Shown here: positions 9,169 through 17,579 of the stretch, one piece after another
Position numbering within the stretch: position 1 is the first letter of the stretch
Layout: each line of letters opens with the position of its first letter
DNA from: Bacteroidota bacterium
GTDB taxonomy: Bacteria > Bacteroidota > Ignavibacteria > UBA10030 > UBA8401
Length of the DNA stretch: 64,000 bases
Reading direction: 5' to 3'
Assembly (NCBI GenBank): GCA_040751955.1
Contig: JBFMFY010000001.1
Span: 73,405-137,404, forward strand
Notes under the pieces: model-generated
The model's input: only the letters and a program-made list of their open reading frames with translations
The model's database searches: none
Told to the model about the DNA's origin: nothing
Position numbers and translations under genes: made by a program

Positions 9169-10107
9169 CTAAAAACTGATGTTGAATGGGGAGGGAGCAA
9201 AACAGACGATAAGAATTCCATATGTAATCCAACCGATCAATTTTCTGTTCTGATCCAACTCAGTTTCATCGTTAACCGGGGGGTGATACAATTTTACAAA
9301 AAAGAATAAGATCAAAGCCCAGAATAACCATCCCGACCAGCCGTAGGGAGATCCGACGCCCAATTCGGGAAGCCAGCCGATAACTCCCATCGAAAGAATT
9401 ATTACGAATGCAATGCGCGAAATGATCTTGTGCTGATCGCCAAACATTGCATACGACAAATGTCCGCCGTCCAACTGTCCGACAGGGATCAGATTCATTG
9501 CAGTAACGAACAAGCCAAACCATCCTGTGATTAAGAACGGATAGTGATACATCTCGGTCATTGGCGGAATGAATTCGCGCGTGGGATCAGTTAGTGAGAG
9601 CGAGAAAAAATTGTACAGCATCGACGATCCGAATTCGAGTGCAACTCCCCCTTCTTGTCCCGTTCCGGAAAAATATTCGGGATGGATCTGCAAAATAAAT
9701 TCTTTGCCTGGGAGATGAGTAAATCCATAGATCAACACTCCTAAGGTTGCGATAAACCCGGCGATTGGTCCCGCCACACCGATGTCGAACATCGCTTTCT
9801 TTGAAGGAATAGGAGAGGTTGTCCTGATTACAGCACCGAACGTACCGAAATTGAGAAATCCGGGCAATGAGGGAGAGGGAATATAATACGGTAATGTTGC
9901 GCTCACTCCGTGATAGCGCGCTGCAAAGTAATGTCCGAACTCATGGCAGGTGAGTATGAACAATATTGAAAGTGAGTAGGGAAGCCCTGCCGTAAAGTTG
10001 TACAGATCAAACGGATCGAGATTTAGCCACGAGACTCCGGCAACCGTTGTTGTAAAGAATGTGATGATGAAAAGTGTACTGTGTATGATTATTTGCTTTA
10101 TAGTCAT
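9169..10107 (-). CDS. Peptidase M50 (site-2 protease family) membrane metalloprotease
   Basis: HEFGHY HExxH motif within a TM region, and the NLIPVGQLDGGH motif (LDG) conserved in the S2P family. 312 aa, multiple TM segments. Confidence 0.8.
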   Translation of the reverse strand: MTIKQIIIHSTLFIITFFTTTVAGVSWLNLDPFDLYNFTAGLPYSLSILFILTCHEFGHYFAARYHGVSATLPYYIPSPSLPGFLNFGTFGAVIRTTSPIPSKKAMFDIGVAGPIAGFIATLGVLIYGFTHLPGKEFILQIHPEYFSGTGQEGGVALEFGSSMLYNFFSLSLTDPTREFIPPMTEMYHYPFLITGWFGLFVTAMNLIPVGQLDGGHLSYAMFGDQHKIISRIAFVIILSMGVIGWLPELGVGSPYGWSGWLFWALILFFFVKLYHPPVNDETELDQNRKLIGWITYGILIVCFAPSPFNISF

Positions 10108-10109
10108 AA

Positions 10110-10928
10110 TTAAAGATCGATGTTGAATCCGATTCCGGAATACTCATCCTTTTGATCGTAGTATTCGCCGTGAATGCTGTTGCCGTTGTGATAAATGAAA
10201 TACAACTGAGTTCCTCTTCCGTTCCAATTCCCGATTTTTATTCCCGTCTGCAATTCATGCCGTGGTCTCATTCCTGTAACGGTGAATTGATATGCTGCGT
10301 AGAGATTGATCGCCTTCGTCACCGAGTAATGTATTTCTGATCCAACATAGAGTAATGACTTTGGTATTGACGTCGGATCGACGTGCCAGAGATATACAGA
10401 TCCGATATAGAAACGTAGCATATCATCCGGTTCATACCCGACTGTCAGATCGAAAAATTCTCTGCTGTACACTCGCGGACTCAATCCATCTTTCCATACT
10501 CCTGTCGGTCCGTCATAGTGTCCATCCACAAAATGCGCACTGATGTGGCTTAATCGCAATCGTGTTGTGAACACTCCGAGTTCGAATGTATCGCGATAAC
10601 TTGTATTGAATCCGAACAGGTAATCAACTGCATCAACCGGAAAATGGAAATTTTTTTCTCCGCGAAGAAGTGTGTATGTGAAAAAGTCTGAACCGATCGT
10701 CAGCAAGCGTCGTTTGTTCTCGTATTGATATCGTATGAGATCGATGGAATTCCCTATATCCAGCCGCAATCTGTTGTTGTTGGAATGCCAGATAAGTCCG
10801 ACGCGCGGTTCAAATGTGTTTGCAACGAGTGGCCTAAAATTAAGCGGTCCATTGTAAAACGCAAAACCTTCACCTTGAGAAAACAACAGAGAAGAGAAAA
10901 AAATAGAGAGCAGTGCAAACTTTTTCAT
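10110..10928 (-). CDS. Small outer-membrane beta-barrel-like hypothetical protein
   Basis: Internal start MKKFALLSIFFSSLLFSQ gives a signal peptide and an ATGA overlap with the upstream PHP gene. Alternating amphipathic, aromatic-rich segments suggest a beta-barrel. Confidence 0.45.
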   Translation of the reverse strand: MKKFALLSIFFSSLLFSQGEGFAFYNGPLNFRPLVANTFEPRVGLIWHSNNNRLRLDIGNSIDLIRYQYENKRRLLTIGSDFFTYTLLRGEKNFHFPVDAVDYLFGFNTSYRDTFELGVFTTRLRLSHISAHFVDGHYDGPTGVWKDGLSPRVYSREFFDLTVGYEPDDMLRFYIGSVYLWHVDPTSIPKSLLYVGSEIHYSVTKAINLYAAYQFTVTGMRPRHELQTGIKIGNWNGRGTQLYFIYHNGNSIHGEYYDQKDEYSGIGFNIDL

Positions 10929-12535
10929 TCCGGTGAAATCCAGATCGGGTTCGTGTAACAAAATCCATGACGGTCAGTCCCTTGTCCGTCGGTTGTAAAT
11001 CCTTCCGCTCTAATATACGAAAATGAGGAAACAGTTTCCCACTCGGAAATGGTGTGGATTGCGTACGGATCAGGAAAGGTGTTCTGTTCGATCAATATTT
11101 TTTCTTTTTTTCCGATTGTTCCGATATACACAATGATCGAAGTGAAGCGGCCGAACTCGGCAGACGTTTGTGCTTTAATTTTGAGAATGAATTTTTCTCC
11201 CCGTACCGTATCGCCGATTTTTCCATTGCCATTCTGATCTGTCTCAACTTCGATGACGATGAACGGTCCATTTGTAATGACGGAACGCCCCCGTTTTAGA
11301 GCGGCAATGACGGCGTTTTCATTCGGTGAGGAGAAGAGTGCGGTTTTCATCTTACCGAACAATTGAGTCTCTTTTTCCTTTATTGCAAAGAAAGGAATGC
11401 CGATCTGAATAAACCTGTTGAAATTTCCGTGCGCGTCGTTTCCCGCCGCAATAAATTTTTTCTCTCCCTTCAATAGCAACCACTTCCATACATCAAGACC
11501 GTTCCTGAACGAATCGGAAAGTTCGCCGTTCAGGATCTGAATGCCGTCCAATCCCGTCGAAGCCATATCACCTTTCGTCCATTCGCCGCGATTCAACAAC
11601 AGGCTCTGAAGAAAAGGTACCTCTTCAGTAGGATGACCGGCATAGGCAGCAACCGGCATCTCCTTGTTGTTCAGAACAGAGGGGACAGTGTGTTCACACT
11701 TGGTCTGCAACCATTTTTCAGCGCCGTCGCCGGAACCGTGAAAAAATTTTCTGTTGCCAAACAGAAGCAGATGAACTGTGCGCCCATCCGCATTTTCGCA
11801 TGATACTTCTTCACCACGCACAACTGCAAAATTTTGCTCATGGTGGTTGACGTCGGCAATTTCAGATTGAAAGTCTTGCCATTTTGGGAGTGTGGGATCG
11901 TTGACGAGATACGAATCGATGGAATCATCGAGATCGTACGAATGATCGGTGACGCAGAAGTATGAAAGTCCCATCGCTTTGCACAACGCCGGTGATGCGC
12001 CGATCGGAGATCCGAATTCGACCTGATCTTCGGTGTACGTTGAATGTGTATGGACATCGCCGAAGATCCATCCCGGGATCGAAGGGAGAGGAGTGCGCGA
12101 CCGATAGACGTTCAATGGTTTTTTTGTTGATGTGCGGTGATTATTATTAAGAATGGTTTTTATTTTTCCATTCTGCTTGATCGTCATTTCTACATCTACT
12201 TTAAGGTGACCGTATGTTTCGGAAAAATCATCCTTAAAGAAAATTTCTGTGACCTTCCACCAGTATTTTGATTCTATACGAATCGGGTGATCTGGCTGGA
12301 CGGTTTCAGAAAGGATGAATTTTCCATTCTGCCGCACAGTGATTTGTACTGAAATGATTTCAAACGGATACACGTGAGCATCTTTTGCCAACAACAAGAT
12401 CGGAAGCGGCTTGTCGGGATCCAATCGGTGCGGGGCGTCCGTTAGGATTTCCGGCTCCGGTTTTTTCAAGAAACTGAAAAAATATTTGAAACGATAATGC
12501 GTTTCAGCATACAGGAAGATTGGAGGAAATATCAT
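10925..12535 (-). CDS. PHP-domain (CehA/McbA-like) metallo-dependent phosphoesterase
   Basis: WIFGDVHTHSTYTED resembles the PHP-domain metal-binding motif (DxHxH). 536 aa. An N-terminal hydrophobic stretch is present. Confidence 0.55.
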   Translation of the reverse strand: MIFPPIFLYAETHYRFKYFFSFLKKPEPEILTDAPHRLDPDKPLPILLLAKDAHVYPFEIISVQITVRQNGKFILSETVQPDHPIRIESKYWWKVTEIFFKDDFSETYGHLKVDVEMTIKQNGKIKTILNNNHRTSTKKPLNVYRSRTPLPSIPGWIFGDVHTHSTYTEDQVEFGSPIGASPALCKAMGLSYFCVTDHSYDLDDSIDSYLVNDPTLPKWQDFQSEIADVNHHEQNFAVVRGEEVSCENADGRTVHLLLFGNRKFFHGSGDGAEKWLQTKCEHTVPSVLNNKEMPVAAYAGHPTEEVPFLQSLLLNRGEWTKGDMASTGLDGIQILNGELSDSFRNGLDVWKWLLLKGEKKFIAAGNDAHGNFNRFIQIGIPFFAIKEKETQLFGKMKTALFSSPNENAVIAALKRGRSVITNGPFIVIEVETDQNGNGKIGDTVRGEKFILKIKAQTSAEFGRFTSIIVYIGTIGKKEKILIEQNTFPDPYAIHTISEWETVSSFSYIRAEGFTTDGQGTDRHGFCYTNPIWISPE

Positions 12536-12545
12536 CGGGATTTTT

Positions 12546-13622
12546 CTATTGGTTCAACAAATGGCGAATCCGCTGCTGCAATATGGATGGATCGTACTTC
12601 ATTGCGGAAAAGCCGGAATATTCAGCTGACCGTGTCAGCGCACGTTCAAGATTAAACTCCGCCTGGCTTTCACAATAACAGATCTTGTTCTTCATCAACT
12701 CAGATGCAAGATATTCCTGCTCTGTCTGCTGCGGCGTCGGAATCAGTATCGCTTTCGCACCAACAAATGAAAGATCCATGACTGTACTATGTCCCGGACG
12801 CGAGATGATCATCCGCGACGAGGCAACCAGTTGAGACATTTCGCGTCCCGAAACTGCATTGATCATTGTGATATTCGGAGTCACTTTCATCATTGTGTTT
12901 TGTTCGGGCTTTCCACGCGCAAAGACTGCGACAAGTGAAGTATTCTTCAACTGTTCAAGGATCATTTCTTCAAAGATTGTCCGCTGCGGTTCAGGACCCG
13001 ATAGGATAACAAGCACGTCGATACTCTTTTCGATCTCCAGCCGTTCCAATCTCGTAAGCGGTCCGATGTAGTATGTGTTGTTCGGTAATTTCTTAGGACG
13101 AGCCAATTCGCCTGCAATATTTACAACGCCGGGAAAATCGGGCACCCATACTTCATCGTAGTTGTTACATTTCATCCGGTTAACGAATCGAACAACTCCG
13201 CGGCTCCATTGCAGCCACGGTGGAACCATAATGTTCAGCTGATGGATGACAAATATAGATGGAACTTTATTTGAATAAGCACCAAAGCGATTATCGGAGA
13301 TGACGGCATCAATTTTATATTTATCAATCAATGACTCCAAAACTTTGTGTTCCTTTGAAAACCCGTTGAGAATGGAAGGGAGCTGAACGATAATTGCACG
13401 TGTCAACGACTGTGTTGCCGAATAGTGAACGGAATATCCGGGAAATCGGATAAATTCCAAATGCGGAAACTCTTTTCGCAGCAAGTCATACGGACGATTA
13501 TCTGCTCCGATTATTACTTCGGCATTCTGGCGAAGCAATTCGTTGATGATGGCGATGCTTCGTGTTGCGTGACCTAAGCCCCAATCAAGCGGTGCAACAA
13601 GGATTCGTTTCTTCCGGCTCAT
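12546..13622 (-). CDS. GT-B glycosyltransferase (GT28/MGT/MJ1255-like, UDP-sugar dependent)
   Basis: N-terminal ILVAPLDWGLGHATRSIAI resembles the G-loop of GT28/GT1 family members (MurG/MGDG-synthase-like). 358 aa. ATGA overlap with the CE4 gene. Confidence 0.65.
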   Translation of the reverse strand: MSRKKRILVAPLDWGLGHATRSIAIINELLRQNAEVIIGADNRPYDLLRKEFPHLEFIRFPGYSVHYSATQSLTRAIIVQLPSILNGFSKEHKVLESLIDKYKIDAVISDNRFGAYSNKVPSIFVIHQLNIMVPPWLQWSRGVVRFVNRMKCNNYDEVWVPDFPGVVNIAGELARPKKLPNNTYYIGPLTRLERLEIEKSIDVLVILSGPEPQRTIFEEMILEQLKNTSLVAVFARGKPEQNTMMKVTPNITMINAVSGREMSQLVASSRMIISRPGHSTVMDLSFVGAKAILIPTPQQTEQEYLASELMKNKICYCESQAEFNLERALTRSAEYSGFSAMKYDPSILQQRIRHLLNQ

Positions 13623-14239
13623 CGGATTGCTCCGAATTCAAATCCAAGGTGTTGTATTTCGGTAATCGTCCGGTTCAAGACATTGGTTATTTTATGAAAT
13701 GTCAAATCGTTATCATGAAAGACGAGTATCGATCCTTTCCGCAGTTTCGAAATAGCAGTCGAAACGATCTTATCGTCAGACCAATTTCTGAAATCGCCCG
13801 TCAAGCAACTCCACATCACAAGTACGAAATTGAGTTCTTTTGCTGCCGCTATCGTGTTCCACGAAAAAAAACCAAACGGAGGGCGAAAGAGTCGGATTTT
13901 TTGGTTCGTCATCGATTGGAGCAGATGCTGAGTTTTCAGAATTTCTTCTTTTGTGCGCTCTTTGGAAAACGCAAGTGTCCGCGTATGCGTGTATGCGTGG
14001 ATGCCGATGGAATGTTCTTCTTCAACGATGCGTCGTACGATCTGTTCATTACCTGGAATATTTTTCCCTGTCAAAAAAAATGTGGCACGGATATTCATCT
14101 TTTTGCATACATCCAGCACCAATGGAGTTGCAGCAGGGTGCGGTCCATCGTCGAATGTGAGAAAGATTTTTTGTGACGGCATCCGCCACACCAATGAAGG
14201 GAAGAGCATCCGATGAATCATTCCGGTATGTGTGATCAT
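13619..14239 (-). CDS. Polysaccharide deacetylase (CE4/NodB family)
   Basis: All five CE4 motifs are present: TFDDGP, HAYTH, RPPFG, LVMWS and ILVFHD. The internal start MITHTG gives an ATGA overlap with the upstream GT2. The longer ORF would overlap that gene by about 330 nt. Confidence 0.8.
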   Translation of the reverse strand: MITHTGMIHRMLFPSLVWRMPSQKIFLTFDDGPHPAATPLVLDVCKKMNIRATFFLTGKNIPGNEQIVRRIVEEEHSIGIHAYTHTRTLAFSKERTKEEILKTQHLLQSMTNQKIRLFRPPFGFFSWNTIAAAKELNFVLVMWSCLTGDFRNWSDDKIVSTAISKLRKGSILVFHDNDLTFHKITNVLNRTITEIQHLGFEFGAIR

Positions 14240-15390
14240 GAAGCGGATTCCTTTTTCATGGTACGATCTTTCCATTCGAATGAAAAAAAGTATCCGCCAA
14301 TCGTAGCAACAAGGATCATCGGAATGTGAATAACAGCTGTCGGAATGAAATACTTCATCGCTTCGCGCGTCCCTGTGAGATGTGTAAATCTTCTCATGGT
14401 AATGTAATCCATTAAAAATTTTACGATCACCACTATCCACGGGACAATGTTCATCTGAATGAGTGTTAACGGAAGCATTATCGTCAATGTGACAAACATG
14501 ACAAACGTTGCAATCATAAACAACATCATGTATGGCGGATAATAAGCAGTTTGTCCAACCCATCTCAATCGTTGGTGGAGCATTTCACGGAACGACATGG
14601 CGGGTTGCGTAATAATAGTTGATTCGGGTGAGAGTGCAAATCGCGGTCTCCATCGTCTGCTGTGAGTAATTTTTTGCGCCAGCAGTGAATCGTCGCCGCT
14701 ATTAATGTGCTTTAACGATTCGAATCCTCCTTCGGTCTCAAACGCCTCCCTGCGAAATGCCATGTTGCTGCCGTTACTGATGAGCATGCGTTCCCACCCA
14801 ATCGCACCGGCGGCAATGGCAGTGTACGAAAGGAAATCCAGAAACTGAATTCCCCAGAACAGACGGTGCTGATTCTTATTTTTTTCAAATACTGTCAATC
14901 CTGTTACAACTCCGACATTTGCATCAAAATACGACATGACTGATGTGACCCATTTTTTTGGTGCGATGCAATCTGCATCGGTAGTAAGGATAATCGAACC
15001 GGATGCGTGCTGCATGCCGTGTGCAAGTGCTCTTATTTTGGGTGATGTAATATCGGTAAACTCTGAAGTTGCGACAAGCAAAACAGGAATTGGTGATCGC
15101 TGAGCGATACGCCGAACGATTTCCGCGGTAGCATCGGTCGATTGATCGTCAATGACGATGATGGATAGTTTTTCCTGAGGATAGTGCTGGTTCAAAAGTG
15201 AAAAGAGGCAGCGCTCGATGTTTTTTTCCTCGTTCCGTGCCGGAATAATGATTGTCACCGGAACCTGTTCAGTTGCTGTTCCGGGTGAAAGTTTTTTCAG
15301 TCCGCGAAAAAAGAAAAAGATTCTGTGTGCATAGATAATTATGAGAATTGAAAGAAGCAGTGAGCCGTATGTTACAATGTTCTCTACCAT
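14236..15390 (-). CDS. Processive family-2 glycosyltransferase (membrane; NodC/PgaC/chitin-cellulose-synthase-like)
   Basis: N-terminal TM, then IVIDDQSTD (DD), TTDADC (DxD) and HQRLRW (QxxRW), and C-terminal TMs. Start taken at the internal Met (MVENIV) adjacent to the upstream gene's stop. Confidence 0.8.
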   Translation of the reverse strand: MVENIVTYGSLLLSILIIIYAHRIFFFFRGLKKLSPGTATEQVPVTIIIPARNEEKNIERCLFSLLNQHYPQEKLSIIVIDDQSTDATAEIVRRIAQRSPIPVLLVATSEFTDITSPKIRALAHGMQHASGSIILTTDADCIAPKKWVTSVMSYFDANVGVVTGLTVFEKNKNQHRLFWGIQFLDFLSYTAIAAGAIGWERMLISNGSNMAFRREAFETEGGFESLKHINSGDDSLLAQKITHSRRWRPRFALSPESTIITQPAMSFREMLHQRLRWVGQTAYYPPYMMLFMIATFVMFVTLTIMLPLTLIQMNIVPWIVVIVKFLMDYITMRRFTHLTGTREAMKYFIPTAVIHIPMILVATIGGYFFSFEWKDRTMKKESAS

Positions 15391-16331
15391 TTCGTTTTTA
15401 ATCTCACGATCATCAATGAACCGATGGCGCTGGGGAGAAGAACATTGGCAAGGAACATACACATTGAGGCGTTGAACGCTGCTGCGGCTGAAACGCCGAC
15501 CTTTGAAAAGAAAAATATCGAAGCACTTTCCCGGACACCAAGATCACCGATGGATATCGGCAGGATAACCGCTTTGACGAAGTACACTGAAAGCGAACAG
15601 AGCACGGTATCAAAAAACGAGACAGACTCGAATGCATTGATAAATATGAAGAACTGTACGCCAATGATTGCATACAACATCGCGGTCAATGCAAAAAGCA
15701 GTCTCCCTTGTTGATTGAAGAAGGTCGTTTCTATGATGCCTATCATCGAATAGAGATTGTGTTGTCGTATTTTTTCTGGAATGTATTTTAAAAACTTTTT
15801 CATTGATTGAGGAAACAAAAAGACCGCACAGATCAGCACAAGAATCAGTACGATGGGGAGAACGTATAACAAATTCCAGTACTCAGAAAAATACTTTGCT
15901 GTATATACAGTAAGTGCCGATATCCCCGTAAGGAATGTTAAAGCAAGAATATAAAGTTTATCAATAATCGTTATTCCCACAACGTGACTTTTTCGCAATT
16001 CAGGATGGCTTGCAATGCGCCCTGCAATTTCACCCACCTGCGCCGGAGTGAAAAACCCTGCGGCAAAACCGACAAGGAGTGATGTAACAACTTCGCTATC
16101 TTGAATTTCCTTTGAAAGTAAACGAAGCAGATACCGCCATCTAATAAAATGGATCCCGGTATTCGCAATGACCAGCACAAACCCAAGTATCAACAGAGGA
16201 GTATTTGCCTGCCTAAACGAACGGACTATTTCATCAATCTCGATATAATAAAATAGTGCAACCAGGATCGAGAGAGTAATTGCAAACTTGAGCAGAAATG
16301 AGATGACCGGATGGGAAAAAAATTGTTTCAT
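15384..16331 (-). CDS. Flippase-like domain protein (LPG_synthase_TM / MprF N-terminal-like, UPF0104)
   Basis: About 8 predicted TM segments with IRWRYLL and FFTPAQVGEIAGR motifs characteristic of the lysyl-PG synthase TM (flippase-like) domain. 315 aa. Confidence 0.65.
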   Translation of the reverse strand: MKQFFSHPVISFLLKFAITLSILVALFYYIEIDEIVRSFRQANTPLLILGFVLVIANTGIHFIRWRYLLRLLSKEIQDSEVVTSLLVGFAAGFFTPAQVGEIAGRIASHPELRKSHVVGITIIDKLYILALTFLTGISALTVYTAKYFSEYWNLLYVLPIVLILVLICAVFLFPQSMKKFLKYIPEKIRQHNLYSMIGIIETTFFNQQGRLLFALTAMLYAIIGVQFFIFINAFESVSFFDTVLCSLSVYFVKAVILPISIGDLGVRESASIFFFSKVGVSAAAAFNASMCMFLANVLLPSAIGSLMIVRLKTKW

Positions 16332-17444
16332 CTATGCTGCAGCGCCTTTCCAGTCATATTTTTTTATAAATCCCATCGGTCCAATAACAATCGTGTAGCA
16401 GATGAGAAGAAGTTCATTCCGGAAGAACTCTGTTACCGTGAACTCTTCATTGAGTATCTTTTTTCCCTGAGCGATAATCACTGCATCGGCATTTATTCGA
16501 ACAAGAAAAAAAATAATGCTCCACAACGGAGTAACAAACAATCCTACAAGGAAAATCAAAAGATGCAGATGGAACAATCCAAGAAGTATTTTCATTTTTG
16601 GATCGTAGTACTTGCTCGCGGAGATATGCCGCGTCCGCTGATTAACAAAAGCTGCAACTGTTGTCGGCGGCACCGTGAGAATATAACTGTCGTAATCAGT
16701 CATGTATCGCACTTTCCACGATGTTTCTCGGCTGACGAGTTGCAAAAAGAGATCGTCATCGCCGCTCACGGAATGTTTAATCTTTTCGAAACCGCCGACC
16801 TCATCATATACTTTTTTCCTGTACGCAAAATTTCGCCCGGTACACATGTATGGCGTACCATTATTGATTGCCGCTGCGGCGTAGAGTGATCCTTTTAATT
16901 CTTCATACCGCAAAAAGGAAGGGAAGAGTCTGTTCCGATCAGGTAATTGAAATGGAGAATACCCTGCAACGGCACCTACGTCGTCGGTAAATTGCTCCGA
17001 TAATTTTTTTAACCACTGTTTCGGCACAACACAATCGGCATCGGTAAAAGCAAGAATGTCAAATCGTGCATTGGCAATCCCCGCGCGAAGTGCGTTCTTT
17101 TTGTGGGGCATGTCGGTTTCGTTTTTCAAGATCGAAATAATTTTGAGATTCGAGAGACGGGCAGTAAACTTTTCGGCAATCAACTTTGTCGAGTCGGTAG
17201 AACGGTCGTCAACAATGATGATCTCGAATTTCTCTTTTGGGTAGTCCAACTGAGAGAAAGAGTCTAACAACCGCGAAATGTTTTTTTCTTCATTCCTTGC
17301 GGCAATGATGATTGAAAAAGAGTGTATCTGGTCTGATTTATTTCCCGGGGTTGATCGTAATCCACGCCATTGCAACAATTGAATGAAAATTACACCAATC
17401 GTAGTGACTGCGAGTATCCAGAAGAAAAGTGTCTCAATAATCAT
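16332..17444 (-). CDS. Family-2 glycosyltransferase paralog (membrane) with degenerate QxxRW (QRTRH)
   Basis: IIVDDRSTD and FTDADC motifs are conserved, but the QxxRW position reads NQRTRH. N- and C-terminal TMs. The ATG start at residue 13 of the ORF is preferred; the ORF's first codon is TTG. Confidence 0.75.
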   Translation of the reverse strand: MIIETLFFWILAVTTIGVIFIQLLQWRGLRSTPGNKSDQIHSFSIIIAARNEEKNISRLLDSFSQLDYPKEKFEIIIVDDRSTDSTKLIAEKFTARLSNLKIISILKNETDMPHKKNALRAGIANARFDILAFTDADCVVPKQWLKKLSEQFTDDVGAVAGYSPFQLPDRNRLFPSFLRYEELKGSLYAAAAINNGTPYMCTGRNFAYRKKVYDEVGGFEKIKHSVSGDDDLFLQLVSRETSWKVRYMTDYDSYILTVPPTTVAAFVNQRTRHISASKYYDPKMKILLGLFHLHLLIFLVGLFVTPLWSIIFFLVRINADAVIIAQGKKILNEEFTVTEFFRNELLLICYTIVIGPMGFIKKYDWKGAAA

Positions 17445-17559
17445 TGTGCCCAAAATACGGAAACATTCACTTGCATTCAACGACTGAAAAAGGAGAGTGC
17501 CGTCTTAATTTAGCGGCACAACGTCATGCCGAACTTGTTTCGCATTTGTTTTGGGAAAG

Positions 17560-17579
17560 ATGCTGACATTCGTCAGCAT
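17560..17579. promoter_or_regulatory. Perfect 20-bp palindrome ATGCTGACATTCGTCAGCAT in the divergent intergenic region (candidate operator)
   Basis: Seen directly in sequence. It lies between the minus-strand GT2 operon start (17444) and the udk start (17685). Flanked by an outer GTCATGC...GCATGAC inverted repeat. Confidence 0.25.

Noticed and set aside
13562-14216. Plus-strand ORFs (204, 106 and 87 aa) antisense to the CE4 deacetylase/GT2 genes
   Set aside because: Shadow ORFs lying entirely inside well-supported minus-strand genes. No motifs and low-complexity composition.
14240-14563. Long N-terminal extension (108 aa) of the CE4 deacetylase ORF
   Set aside because: Would overlap the upstream GT2 gene by about 330 nt. 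The internal ATG gives the classic ATGA coupling and a normal CE4 length.
15391-15462. 24-aa N-terminal extension of the GT2 at 14236-15462
   Set aside because: Overlaps the 3' end of the flippase-like gene. The internal ATG lies 1 nt after that gene's stop.
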